Assembly: GCA_964016885.1 (NCBI GenBank)
Contig: OZ024743.1
Coordinates: 298,096,001-298,160,000 of the forward strand
Source of the DNA: Eledone cirrhosa
Lineage: Eukaryota
Direction: 5' to 3'
Length of the DNA: 64,000 bases
In this document: positions 24,214 through 36,991 of the stretch, piece after piece
Position numbering within the stretch: the first letter of the stretch is position 1
Layout of the letters: each line of letters opens with the position of its first letter
Program-made: the position numbers and the translations under genes
Notes under the pieces: model-generated
Told to the model about the DNA's origin: nothing
Databases searched by the model: none
What the model saw: the letters and a program-made list of their open reading frames with translations, nothing else

Positions 24214-26078
24214 TGGTTCATGAAAGTAACAGAAAGAGTCATAGCACAGTTTATTAGGGACAGGGTAAAACTAGATGAGATGTAGTTTGGATTTGTGCCA
24301 GGCAAAATCACCACTGATGCCCTCTTCCTTGTGAGACAGTTACAGGAAAAGTACCTAACTAAAAGTAAACCTGGCATTTGTGGATCTGGAGAAAGCTTTC
24401 AACAGAGTGCCCTGTAATATAATTTGGTGGGCTCTTAGAAAACTAGCATTAGATGAATGGCTTGTGAAAGCTGTACAAGCCATGTATAGAGGAGCAGTCA
24501 GCAAAGTCAGGATTAACAATGACTATAGCAAGGAATGGTGCATGGCTGAGTAGTTGGATTTGCAATCGGGAGGTTGTGAGTTCGATTTCCGGACTGGGTG
24601 ATGCATTATGTCCTTGAGCAAGACACTTTGTTTCATGTTGCTCCTTCTACCTGGAGTTGCAATCGATAGATAGTATTAGCAATTGGAAAGACCAATGGAA
24701 ACATTGTTTGCTTGGTCCGATTTGACGAAAGTCGATCGACTATATATGTAGCGAGGAATTTAGCATACAAGTTGGCGTCCACTAGGGCTCTGTTCTTAGC
24801 CTGCTCCTGTTTATTATCGTTTTGCAGGCTATAACGGAGGAGTTTAAGACCAGCTGCCTATGGGAACTTCTGTATGTGGATGATTTTACACTCATAGCTG
24901 AATCTATGGTGGAACTAGAGAAGAAATTCCAAACATGGAAGCAGGGCCTAGAAAGAAAGGGTCTTAAAGTCAACCTGACAAAGACTAAGGGGAAATGGCC
25001 TTGTTCAGTATGTAGGAAAGGCATAGGTAGAAACTCCATACTCTGCCCCATATGCAAACTAGGAGTACACAAGAGATGTAGTGGGATCTCAGGAAGTTTA
25101 GCTAAGAATGTAGGCTTTACATGTAGAAGTTGCACTGGAACAGTAAGTGGCAAACAACTGCAGGAAACAAGCACTACCAAATTCCGGGAGGGCTCTGTAG
25201 AAACAGTAGACAGCTCCTGCTATCTAGGTGACTGAATTAGCAGCAATGGTGGGTGTTCTGAAAGAACAGGATGGAGGAAGTTCAGGGAGCTACTGCCACT
25301 GCTGGCTACAAAAGGCTTCTCCCTCAGAATGAAAGGCAGACTGCATGATACGTGAATATGAACAGCTATGTTGTATGGTAGTGTGACCTGGGCACTGTGT
25401 GCAGAAGACTTGCGTACATTGGAAAGAAATGAAGCTTGCATGCTCCGATAGGATGTGTAATAGTAATATACGAGAATGGCGAAGCATAAATGAACAGAGA
25501 GAGAAACTAGGCATAAGAGGAAACAAATGCTGTGTGCAGGAGAGGAGATTGCATTGGTATGGACATGTGATGTGTATGAAGGATGACAGAGCGCTCAAAG
25601 TCAATGGAAGCCTTGGAGTAGGGAGACCCAGGAAGACTTGGGATGAGGTGATAAAAGCTGACCTTGCCCAATTATGCCCCTCCGAGATGATGACACATGA
25701 CCTGATTCCCACGAGCACAAGTCGAAGCATATATACAGTTTGCCCACCTCACCCTCCCATACACTCCCATGAGGACAGGCCAAAGTAAATGCATCCAGTA
25801 AAGCCCTTAGCCCACACTGTAAAGTGATTGTGATGGTGACACGACAAAAAGCACTCAGCCCACACTGTAAAGTGGTTGTGTAGGAGTCACAGCAAAAAGC
25901 ACCCAGTTCTCACTGTAAATGAGGTTGGCGTTAGGAAGGGCATCCAGCTGTAGAAACCAAGCCAGAATCAGTCCTGTATGAGTAAGATTTGCTCAACTGA
26001 TCTAGCATTGCCTACAACAGGACAATCCGTCTAACCCATGCTAGCATGGAAAATGGACGTAAGATGGAGGTGATGATG
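24211..26078 (+). mobile_element. Decayed 5'-truncated RTE (subfamily A-like) abutting the preceding tail
   Basis: MKVTERVIAQ...YVDD...CSVC...RRLHWYGH, 3'UTR, GAT tail; split by a SINE. Confidence 0.93.
24537..24748 (+). mobile_element. tRNA-derived SINE with 11-bp TSD
   Basis: TSD TAGCAAGGAAT (24526-36) / TAGCGAGGAAT (24749-59); B-box GAGTTCGATT, CCTTGAGCAAGACAC core; relative at ~51140-51375. Confidence 0.88.
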
Positions 26079-26164
26079 ATATGTATATACACACAAATAT
26101 ATATATATATCATTATCAATATATATATATATATGTGTATGTGTGTATATATATATATATATCT

Positions 26165-26600
26165 GTCTCATGGTCGGGTCGTTGGCGACTAAACTGGCAA
26201 CCCCACCAAGGTTTCTTGGTGAGGAGGGTGACTTTGGACATCCTGCAGAAAAACAAAACCTGTCAGAGGGCAAAGGAGCTCTTAAGAGTCAATGGCCATC
26301 CAAAATCACTGGGAGAGATGACCCCTTAGCCTTTGTCAAGGCAGAATTCTAGGAGAAGGAAAACTCTGATATAACACCTGCAACCCTGATGGTATCCAAT
26401 GATGTTGACTTGTTCTTCTCTTTGGTAAATATCATCTTAGTTAAGAGAGTGGGACTGGCTTTGTGCAGTGCCTTTGCTCACTATAAAAGCTTCACGGCAC
26501 AGGCATTGCTTTATATCTGGAGATCTCTCTGCACTTGTCGTCACATGGTACCATGGGCCCAGCACTATGTGTCAATAATTGTCACAAGTGTAGTGTTTGT
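26165..26600 (+). mobile_element. Non-coding retroposon, RTE 5'UTR-like structured region
   Basis: GGTCGTTGGCGACTAAAC..CCCCACCAAG-loop-CTTGGTGAGGAGGG..AGAGTCAATGGCC..GGAGAAGGAAAACTCTGA; related segments at 11860-12130 and 51750-51940. Confidence 0.55.
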
Positions 26601-26718
26601 ACCAGAATTTTCAAGTCGCTGGCTGGACTAAAAAGTCACACTCGTTCAGCGCATCGATAGGGGTTCTCCTACATGGATATAAAGTAGTGGCCAATACTCG
26701 AAAACGAGTTGGCAGCCA

Positions 26719-26758
<40 letters not shown>

Positions 26759-27160
26759 ACATATATATATATATATATGTTGTTACATTGGTACCATAAA
26801 ACATCCAGCTCACTCTGTAAAGACCAAGCCTGTACTGATGAATATTGTCTCCCAGACAATCCAAGGATCTGTCATCTCACTTATATATGATCTCATGTTC
26901 TACCAAGTGGAGATTGTCATGAGGGTACTCACATACATATATCATCATTGTTGTTTTAACGCTTGCTTTTCTTGCTACCAAGGGTTAGACATATATATAT
27001 ATATAACAGTTGATTGACAAAATCTCAGGCTTCATTCACTTAACGAGTGGGATTGAGTTCATCAAATTGGTTTTTCCAATTGCTAATACTATCCACATGT
27101 ACAGTGTGTGCTGGGTTCTTTTTGTCATGACACCTACACAACCACTTTACAGTGTATTTA

Positions 27161-27192
<32 letters not shown>

Positions 27193-27193
27193 A

Positions 27194-27308
27194 CAAGGAT
27201 GATTTGTTAAGCCTTCATGCTTATTGGTTGGTGATGTGCATTTCGCTATTGATCAGCTCAAGGTCTGATCTGTATCGATCTGGATGAAGGCTTAACAAAT
27301 CATCCTTG
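27194..27308. mobile_element. Tiny TA-flanked MITE (Tc1/mariner-type)
   Basis: Perfect inverted repeat 27188-27218 / 27284-27314 (TA CAAGGATGATTTGTTAAGCCTTCAT). Confidence 0.85.
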
Positions 27309-27800
27309 TATTATCATATTACACTCTGTTTAGCTCTACACCTCGCTACTGACGTGAACCTAAACACTGAGTTCTCACCTGGGTGAACCTACAGTAACTT
27401 CATGTTACACTCCTAGATATATATATATAATGTGGAAAGAGATATAAGGCTAAACAATACAAAATGAACTGTAAGATGAGGTAATGAAAAAGTAAGTTAC
27501 CTGATAATCTTTGTTTTTTGTTCTTGCAGTTGTTTCTTTCGTCCTAATATTTTGGGACCTAAAATTCCCTTCTTCAGAGTTTAAGGAACTTTCAGGGAAT
27601 AATGCTGTTTTTTTCCTCTTTGGGATTAAATTTTGATTTAAATCTCTTAAGTCGTTTTCAAGCATTTTTTAATGGTTATTTCGCTATTCACAAGAATGAC
27701 ATCAATTGCCTATAGAGTATTTCATGAAATCAATTTTTCTTTTTATCGTATGAGATCTTGGTTAGTTTGTGTACGTGTGGGTGTGTCTTTTTATCTTAAG

Positions 27801-28272
27801 TACCTCTCCAAGACAATGTCACTGGACCGAGACCTTTGGCGGTACTCAGTAATAGAGAAGACCCGCCTTACCTAAATACAAAGTAAAACCTACTACAGTC
27901 AGTAGGCATCTCTAACAAAATACACCCCCGTCCCACCTCCCCCACCCCATCCACACCGCCCCTTTCAATGTAAAGTTATGTTGGTGCCACAACATCCAGG
28001 CCGAAACAAATGAGATCGTGTAGGTGTCACGACAAAAAAACACACAGTCCACGCTGCAATGTGGCCATGTAGGCAACACGGTAAAAACCTCCCAGCCCCA
28101 CACTGTAAATGTGGTTGGTGTTAGGAAGGGCATCCAGCTGTAGAAAACCCGCCAGACAGTCCTATGCGAGCAATGACAACCACTCTTGCCTCAAGTGGGA
28201 AAACTCCCGTCGAAACCCATGCAAGCGTGGAACATGGACGTTAAACGATGATGATGATGATGATGATGATGA
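27801..28272 (+). mobile_element. Short 3' RTE subfamily B copy
   Basis: LSKTMSLDRDLWRYSVIEKTRLT*, 3'UTR, (GAT)n. Confidence 0.95.
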
Positions 28273-28915
28273 TTGCGTGTTGAGTTCTAATCTATTATTC
28301 ATTTGTAGGTTGAGTCTACGTATGAGCAAGGCTTCCTTAATTCTTAAATTGCCCACATTTCTATCTTTAGCTTCAATATTGACTGTAATATTTTTGTTAG
28401 TATTTCTACATTTGTCAATGTGTTCTTTGAATGAGGATGCGTCTGTGTTGAGGTGTCCTTTAATGCGAGTGTAGAGTGCTCGAGTCATGTTACCAATGTA
28501 GAACTCTTTACATTTGCTGCATTCAATCCGGCATACCACATGTGTCTGCTGGCACATACCTGTGTTGCGGATAGGGTAGTTAGTCAGTGAGCATTGGTTG
28601 TTGTTGTCTCATGATTGCTTTTTAGATAGGTATCCATGCAGTGAAGGGACGGATTGTGTTAATTGTATGTCCAGTCCTTGTTTGCGGATGGCTCTGCGGA
28701 TAGCTATGGTTATGCTTTCGCTGAAGTTTGGTACTTTCATGAAGCAGGTGTTAGAGGAGGTCTTATGCCTGTGGCACCTTCGATTCTTAAGACAATTCAT
28801 TGTGGATGTTGGGTATCCATTCATTTTCAGTACATCTATGAAGTGTGCAGTATGAGTGATCTGGTCCTCTGTATTGCTGCATTTATTCTGGATATGCATA
28901 AGTTAATTTCTTATG
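28273..28915 (-). mobile_element. Penelope-like element C-terminus (GIY-YIG endonuclease)
   Basis: LKMNGYP linker; VVCRIECSKCKEFYIG..TR.L.TRIKGH...IKEALLIR...MN. Confidence 0.88.
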
Positions 28916-29128
28916 TATCTCCAACACAATATAGCTGTCCAACCCATGTCGGCGTGGAAAAACATGTTAAATGATGATGATGTTGGTGATGATGATGATG
29001 ATGACGCCAATGACAATAACAATGATTATGACAATGATGATGACAATGATGATGACAACATATACATTTATATGCTTAATTTATATATTTATATATTTAT
29101 AATGATGAACAATAAAATCTGTTGATAG

Positions 29129-29200
29129 ATGTGGAAAGGTTACCTGCAGAGAAAGCGAACATCTGTAGAAAGAAATGCTGAATTTGAGTTTTTGGGAATG
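29129..29200 (+). CDS. IQCA1: IQCA1/DRC11 exon 6 (second half of IQ motif)
   Basis: gatag|MWKGYLQRKRTSVERNAEFEFLGM|gtaaga; completes IQKMWKGYLQRK. Confidence 0.9.
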
Positions 29201-29234
29201 GTAAGAGAATTTCTTGTTTATATTCTTCAGTGTC

Positions 29235-29565
29235 AGGCAGCGAATTGACAGAGTTGTAGGAATGTTGGATAGAATACTTTGCTGTATTCGTTTCAGCTCT
29301 CTGCTCTCTCTCAGTTCAAATTCCACTGAGGTCCACTTTGCTTTTCATCCATTCAAGGTTGATAAAAAAGTACCAGTCTAGTACTGGGGTTGATTCTTCC
29401 TCTATATCTCTTTCTCACTTCTATTCTCTCATTCTCTATCCTTCTCTGGAAGAAATCTGCTGTATTTAGATCTAGAGAGGAGATGAGCTCCACTAGGTTT
29501 AAAAAGTGCCCTAGAAACGCCATATGTCAATATGGTGCCCCTATGATTCACCCAAGAGTTATGGG
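29235..29565 (+). mobile_element. SINE family 2 (family-1 head/core, different tail)
   Basis: GTTCAAATTCC..TTTTCATCC..GATAAAA..GTACCAG then GGAAGAAATCTGCTGT..AGAGTTATGGGA; copies at 33050-33240, 33315-33630, 35300-35550, 38790-39065 (-). Confidence 0.75.
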
Positions 29566-29769
29566 ATAGAGAAGAGAAGATTCTTCAGTGTCACTTTTGA
29601 GACATTCTATTTAGTTAAACTTGAAAGAGTTAACTTAGTTTGAGACATTATACTAGTACACCACCAAATTTCTGATAAATGAATCATTACTTTAATTATC
29701 TTTGACTGACTAGATTAGCTAATTCAGGTTAATATGTGGCATTAGATTTAATTTTAAGCATTTGTGCTT

Positions 29770-30190
29770 TCATATTATTATGTTGAGTCAGTGTTGTTGT
29801 ATGTATCAGGTATATGGACCCTGACACAAGCACTTGAGAAGAAATTAGATGTTGCATACACTAAAATGCTTAGCGTTGTACAAAACATAAACTCGTGTCA
29901 ACATATTACAAATGAAAGCTTATATGGAAATTTGCCCAAGATAACTACAATTGCTCAAAGGAGGTTACAATTTTCAGGACATTGCTGGAAAAGTAAGCAG
30001 GAAGTTAAACATAAGCTACTATTGTGGGAACCAACTCATGGGAGATGGAGTAGAGGAAGACTTGCTAAAAATTTCATCAATCTACTCTCAGACAATACAA
30101 ACCTTAATAAGGAGGTGTTGACGGAAGCAATGGAAAATCATGAATTGTGGAGAGACTTTGTCAGGAATGTTTGACTCTTGACACAATGAT
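29770..30190 (+). mobile_element. Old RTE-group LINE 3' fragment (second family)
   Basis: VESVLLY..WTLT..LEKKLD.AYTKML...RRLQFSGHC...LLLWEP.HG..SRGR; related piece at 61761-61982. Confidence 0.8.
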
Positions 30191-30914
30191 ATGATATATA
30201 TTATTATAGTTGAAGTTTAGGGAGAGTGTTTCTGGCTTCGTAATATGTTTCTAGTAAATTATTATCTAATCAGGCAAAAGAATCAATCCAGCAGTGGTAT
30301 GTAACTAAGGGTCCAAGAAATTGGGGGTGTATTCATTGTTGCCTTTTAATAGGGTTAACTTACATATGAAGCATTGAAGTAGTGGAAGTGGTAACTTACC
30401 TTTTAATTGAGTCTAGAAAATATTTATAGGAGTATTCCCTTCATCGCATTTGAATTAGATTAGATGTAATGAATTTTTTTTTATATATATATAGTTTTTA
30501 TTGCAAGAATTTGTGTTGTTATTTAACTCTTACCTCAGTTCTAATGAAGCAAACCTTTCATTAAAGAAATTCCAGCTGTGAGCATCATTTTGTTTACCTA
30601 TTACTTACATTGTCTAATAGGCCCTTATTTAAAAAAGAAATAGGGTGCAGGAGACTTTGGATACTATTTTTAGCAGGTTGTGCAACAGGGTAGAGGCTCA
30701 GGTAATTTGTGGGAGATTTGTCTCCTATTTTTAGCAGGTTAAACAACAGGGTATAGGCTCAGATATACCAGAAAATATATGCTAAAAGTAGAGGTGGTTT
30801 GGAATAACTAGATATCTCTTCAACACTGAGATTAGTAAATGTTGAAACAGAAAAATGGACAAATGACAAATTTGAAATCAATGTAATTTCAGAAAGGAAA
30901 TATTATTTATATAA

Positions 30915-31470
30915 TAATGAAATTATTGTGTACAGTGCTCAGGTGCATTACAACTCATCAAAGGTGCATGTATAGTACATAGAATTATGTAAAAATGTCA
31001 GGAAAGTGAACAGTATATGAGCCATGATATACACACAGCCACACACATGCGTGCGTGTGTATGGAGGTGGAATATCAGATGTAGTATTAGCGAATTTCAA
31101 GAAGCAGGGCGTTCAAAGTATGATAGATGCCTTATGGAGAGTATTCGATTGGTTGCACGTCTCTGAACAGTTTCCAGGAGGTCAATGTTTTGAGCAAGAT
31201 AGGGGTTCCAGACTGATGATGCAAATTCTAAGTGTGGCCGTATCATAGCTATATACAGCTTTGAATAGATAGCTGGAGAGCGGCTGACAAAGGTCTTGCT
31301 GAGTGATGCTAAGACACCCTCAGCCTTCTTGACAATTTTAGAGGTGTGCTTTTTCCAACACAAATCGCTGCTGACAGTAATGCCCAGGTCACGTTCACAA
31401 GAAGACTTCTTAAGATTAGTGTTGTGGAAGGAGTATGTGAATGCTGGGTTTTTCCTCCCAAAATACATGT
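30915..31470 (-). mobile_element. CR1-clade LINE 3' fragment with internal deletions
   Basis: ERDLGI..S.DL.W, RPHLEFASSVWNPY, LETVQRRAT. Confidence 0.9.
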
Positions 31471-32779
31471 CAATTGTAGTTGATGCAATATGTCTGAAGA
31501 ATGAAGGTGTGACGAAATTAGTAAGTAGAGTGAGTCTTTGTTTTTCAGTCAGCAAGGGAATTTAGAAATGTAGTTTTACTTTGTGGTTGTATCAGATGAG
31601 GTGCCATAAAATTGATGTGGTTAAAGAAAACTTTCTGTTATTTTTGTTGCTGTTATTATTATATTTCAATTGTTGGGGCAAGAAACAGTTGCTGAAAATC
31701 AAATCATTATATTCAACTCAATCATTCTACTTTACTATTCAAAGTAAAAATATAAGCTTATCCATGTTTAATGCAAATGGTGGCTGCCAGCCTTCAGCCA
31801 TAAGATACCTAGATTTGAAGCAACAACCATGATTTCATAGCATTCATCCTTCAAACAATCTTGCCTTGTCTCTGTAGTAAAGACAATTCTCAAAAAGCTC
31901 AAATAAATAGATGTAATTCAATGTCAAGTTTAAGACCAGTATTTGGCTCTGGTATGCCTTTAGCTGAATCTACTTTGTTGCAAACATTTGGACAAAGTTT
32001 CTGATTTAATGATAACTCTATATTGATGTCTTGCTTTCTACTCTCACCCAACAGCACTAACCAGTCACTGAGGTCCTTCAAAAGGTCGTGTTTCCCTTTC
32101 TATTTTTACTAAGCCACAAAAATGTTTACTTAGTTCTAATTAAGTTATTGTTGTCTAGATCTAAGTCAGTTCTGATCAAGCAGAACTGTGGTCAAATGTA
32201 TTTCAGTTGTGAGCATCCCATATTTTTTTTATCTAGAACTAGAGTTCATGTGTCTTTGCTTTTTTAAGACAGTAGAGTGTGATTTGAGGACAATTTGGCT
32301 TCTGTTTCTAGCAGTTTGGGACTATAGGTTAATACAAGCAATAGGTTCACTGGAATTGATGTGTGATCAATGATCATGTAGTACTGAGGTTTATCCTCCC
32401 TGTGAATAGGATGCGTGTCTGTTCACAGAGAGATTTGTTTCTTATCTGCTTAATGCTATGGCAACTTGATATAGTATTGTCCCCCATGAAACATGGATGT
32501 CAGTGTTTAGACATGTCACAGTCAATTAGACCTAATTATATTATTTCTTTTACAGTCTGAGTTCAAATCCCGCCAAGGTTAACTTTGCCTTTCATCCTTA
32601 TGGGGTTGATAAAATAAAGCACTAGTAACGTACTGGGGTCGATTTAAATGACTTTCCCCTCCCCCAAATTACTGGCCTTGTGCCTATACTAGGCATTATT
32701 TCTTTTATACAATATTTGAAATTTCATATATCATTAATTTATTGTATCAGAAATTGATATATTTTTGTGCCATTTTAAG

Positions 32780-32988
32780 ATTCCTTCACAGTCATCTGAA
32801 ATCCAGAATGATTTATCACAAGCAGCTGCATTGAGTACCATGGAGAAACGCCGAGCTGTACAGGAAATACATGAGCAGGAATATCAGCAAGCGTTGATAA
32901 CTGTCAAAGAAAGAATTCAAGATGTTGAAGGTTCTGACATGAAAGAACGAATGCAGGATCAGATACGGCAATGGTTTATTGAATGCAG
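32780..32988 (+). CDS. IQCA1: IQCA1/DRC11 exon 7
   Basis: tttaag|IPSQSS...HEQEYQQALITVK...MQDQIRQWFIEC-AG|gtacag; an alternative in-frame acceptor at 32791 is possible. Confidence 0.9.
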
Positions 32989-34077
32989 GTACAGTTCTGA
33001 ATAAGTGTTCTTTACTAGTATCATTGTTTCATTCTATGACTGTTCATACTTTCAAGGTCAATTTAGTACTGGGGTTGATTTTTCCTCTATATCTCTTTCT
33101 CACTTCCTCTCTCTCACTTTCTATTGTTTTTTGGAAGAAATCTGCTGTGTTCAGACCTGGAGAGGGATAGGCTCCAATCAGGCTTAAATTGCTGTATGCC
33201 ACTATGGCGCACTTATGACTCTAACAAGAGTTACAGTACCATACCATACCATAAAATTGATGCCCATATTAAAATAGTAGGGTGTGGTAGTTTAAGCTGG
33301 TTAGTTGCTTTATGGTGGTGGAAAATTGACAGAGTCATTAAAGCGTCAGATAGAATGATTTGCAGTATTTATTCAGGCTCTCTACACCCTGAGTTCAAAT
33401 TTCACTGAGGTCAACTTTGTTGTTCATCCATTCAAGGTCAATAAAGCAAGTACCAGTTCAATACTAAGGTTGATTCTTTCTCAATATCTCTTTTGTATTT
33501 CCTCTTTCTTGCTCTCTCTCTGTGGAAGAAATCAGACCTGAAGAGGAATGAGCTTTGCCCAGTTTAAATGCCCAAGATACACAGTATATCACTTCTCTGC
33601 TCCTATAATTCCATTATGAGTTATGGACCCATGGTCATGGCCATGACCAGTTTCTTTATATTTTTACAATAATTTTGATGTTTAGGGGCTGGACTTTTGA
33701 TCACATAATTGAAAACGGAATTTTTGCCACTGTGTTGTCATTGTGTTGTTTTCTATGTTCACTACACACAATGTTATTTGCTTCAGTCTACCTTGCTGAT
33801 AAGCAACTGGTTAAATATCTGATTTGCATTTAGAAGAAAAACCCTAGTGTAAAAGCCAGATCATAATATAATATATAAAACAACAATAATATATAAAACA
33901 ACAAAAACATTTATAATAAATTACAAAAGTATAATTAAAATATAATACAAACACACTGCTAAAGAGACAGTGACTAATGGAAGATGGGCCATAATTTCCA
34001 AATGAAGAGTGTTTCTGAAATGTCTGTGGCTAAGAACGTTTAATAATTTGTAAAGAGATGGTGTATTATTATTTCAG

Positions 34078-34186
34078 AGATGCCTGTGGTAAATTCCCTG
34101 AATATCCCCCTGCAGAAGACGGTGGTTCTGCAATACTCTTTTTAGATAAAGACCCTGCAGAATTGGAATTAGAGCTTAAGGCAAAG
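34078..34186 (+). CDS. IQCA1: IQCA1/DRC11 exon 8
   Basis: tttcag|A-DACGKFPEYPPAEDGGSAILFLDKDP...KAK|gtaagg. Confidence 0.93.
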
Positions 34187-35119
34187 GTAAGGTCATAGGT
34201 GACTGTCTGTATTTTTGTCCTTTTTATTGGACTGATCTGAAAGCAGGGGCTGTGTTCATGGTCCTTAAAGTCAGTTGATAATGTTTCTTGAGAACAGATG
34301 AAAATTGATGGCTGCAGAAAATGTATGAGCAGGGATGGAATTCTAGAGAGCTGATGTTTCTGAGGATGAGGGACAGGAAATTGTGGTTAATAAAGAATTT
34401 TGGCTTTAATCCTAAACAATAACCTTAGCAAGACTAAGTATGTTTGCATCATCATCATCATTGTCATCAGTAGCAGGAGCACCACCACCACCGTTACTGC
34501 CACTGCTGCTGTCATCATCATTGCCACTGCCATTCTGGTATTCTTGGCCTTTGGATCACTTCTTTATTCCCTCCTATCAAGGCAGAGTTGGCTATCTGCA
34601 AGTGTGAGTCTGCAAGATGGAGTGGCTGTTCTAGCACATCTTCCTCACCATACTCTGGGGCAATGTCTTCTCCATTCAGTCTATTGGGACCGCGAGGTAG
34701 ACTAACCCTTAAACAGTGAGTAGTAAATACAGATCTCACAAACAGTCAGAAATGAATAGACCTTCTTGGGTTAAGATTAATCTTATTACTTTAAAATTGT
34801 TATTGTTGCCAGTAATTAGCTGTCATTTTGTAATCAGTTGCTGCCAGAGAGGCAATGATATGTTTCATGCTAAATGTATGTCCTGAATGTTTTGTGATAT
34901 CTGCATAATCTGGGAATATGACACACTGGCTGGTGTACCTCTGGTGCTATATTAGACATACTTAATGTGTGAGTCCAATGTGTATCTAATGTTATGTTAG
35001 ACAAGTGTAATTTGTGAGTGTGAAATAGATGACTTGGTATGTTTTCAATGCAATGTTTATTTTGTATGGTCAAAGAAAAAAAGGAAAAATATATACCCAC
35101 TCCAAAACTTTGGTTTCAG

Positions 35120-35203
35120 GATGAAGAAGACACTGAAAAGAAATCAAAAAAGAAAGAGGAAACTAAAGTAAAAGAGCAAAAGAAATCTGGGAAAAAGAAA
35201 GAT
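35120..35203 (+). CDS. IQCA1: IQCA1/DRC11 exon 9 (Lys-rich)
   Basis: tttcag|DEEDTEKKSKKKEETKVKEQKKSGKKKD|gtaagt; phase 0-0. Confidence 0.85.
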
Positions 35204-35627
35204 GTAAGTAAGGAGACATTATTGATAGAGGCATTCTTTTGAGTCATAGCTAGGATAGAATCATTGTTTATGGTAGAAGCATCATCATTATTGGCAACAT
35301 TGGTGGAGCATCGGGCAACATGTTTTGAGTTCAAATTCTGCTGCGATTAACTTTGCCTTTCATCCATACAGGGTTGATGAAATAAAGAACCAGTAACACT
35401 CTGGGGTTGATTTTTCTTCTCACTTGCATTCCCTCATTTTCTCTATCCTTCTCTTGAGGAAATCTGCTGTGCTCATATCTGGCTTAAAATGCCCAAGAGA
35501 TGCTCAATGTCATTACCGTGCCCCTACGACTCCATCAGGAGTTATGGGACCATACTATACCTCAACCACAAATTGCTGGCCTTGTGCTTAAATCAGAAAC
35601 CATTATTATGCAAAAAAAAAAAAAAAA

Positions 35628-35830
35628 GTGGCAGAATCGGTAGAGCGTCGGACAACACGGAGTTACGGCCCTTTACGTTCTGAGTTCAAATCCCGCCGAG
35701 GTTATCTTTGCCTTTCATCCTTATGGGGTCAATAAATAAAACACCAGTAATGCACTGGGCTCGATTTAATCAACTTTACCCTTCCCTTCAAATTGTTGGC
35801 CTTGTGCCTAAAGTAGAAACCATTATTATG
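35628..35830 (+). mobile_element. tRNA-derived SINE family 1, well-preserved copy
   Basis: A-box TGGCAGAATCGG, B-box GAGTTCAAATCC, core, tail GGCCTTGTGCCTAAAGTAGAAAC + ATT repeats. Confidence 0.9.
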
Positions 35831-35867
35831 CCAAGAAAGTAAATAAATAAATAACCAGAACAGATTT

Positions 35868-36805
35868 GATCATCATCATCATCATCATCATCACCGTTTT
35901 ACATCCGTTCTTCCACACTAGCATGGGTTAGACGGGTTGTCCTGTTGTGTGCAGTGTCTGGTCGGCTGACCATGCCTTGCTCATACAGGAACTGATCTGG
36001 CTTGATTTCTACAGCTGGATGCCCTTCCTAACACCAACCTCATTTACAGTGAGTGCTGGGTGCTTTTTCGTGGCGCCTACACGTCCACTTTACAGTGTGG
36101 GCTGGGTGCTTTTTTGCCGTGGCACATCCACGACCACCTTGCGGTGGGGGGTGTGGGGGTATATTGTTTATATGCTTCAGCATGTACCCATGGGAGGTCG
36201 GGTACTCTGTATTACTGCGTGACGCCAGAAGTCACGGTCGTGTGTCATTGTCTTTGAGAGGTGTAGTTGGGTAAGGTCGGCTTTTATCACCTCATCCCAG
36301 GTCATCTTGGGTCTCCCCACTCCGCGGTTTCCATCAACTTCTAGTGCTCTGCACCTTTTTATGCAGCTGTCATCCTTCATACGCATCACATGTCCATACC
36401 AGCGCAACCGCCTCTCCTGCACACAGCATTTGATTCCTCTTATGCTCAGTCTCTCTCTCAATTCATTTATGCTTTGTCGTTCACATATATTACTGTTACA
36501 CATCCATCGGAGCATGCAGGCTTCGTTTCTCTCTAATCTACGTAAGTCTTCCACCTTCAGCGCCCAGGTCTCACTACCATGCAACATCGCTGTTCGGATA
36601 CACGCATCATACAGTCTGCCTTTCCTTCTGAGGGAGAAGCCTTTTGCAGCTAGCAGTGGTAGTAGTTCCCTAAACTTCTTCCATCCCGTTCTTACCCTAG
36701 TTATTGTACTTTCTGAACACCCACCTCCGTTGCTAATTCGGTCACCTAGGTAGCAGAAGCTGTCTACTGTTTCTACAGGGCCCTCCCAGAGATTGGTGGT
36801 ACTTG
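35868..36805 (-). mobile_element. 5'-truncated RTE subfamily A
   Basis: 212-aa frame FCYLG...HGSETW...RRLRWYGHV, 3'UTR, (GAT)n. Confidence 0.95.
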
Positions 36806-36915
36806 ATATAAACAAATTTTGTGTTTGGTTCTGATATCATCAAACACTTTCAACAGAAATGTCTTGAACTGAAGATTCCAGTTACTAAATGTATTGCTTA
36901 CTTCTATTCTAACAG

Positions 36916-36991
36916 ACGGAATACGAGGGCTGGAAAATGACCCCTTCCAATTTTGTTTCTATTCTGCAAGAAGGGACTAACAAATATAAAC
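36916..36991 (+). CDS. IQCA1: IQCA1/DRC11 exon 10
   Basis: ctaacag|TEYEGWKMTPSNFVSILQEGTNKYK-C|gtaagt. Confidence 0.9.

Noticed and set aside
26831-26880. CTGATGA followed by hairpin ATTGTCT/AGACAAT (hammerhead candidate)
   Set aside because: No GAAA after the stem and no stem I/III
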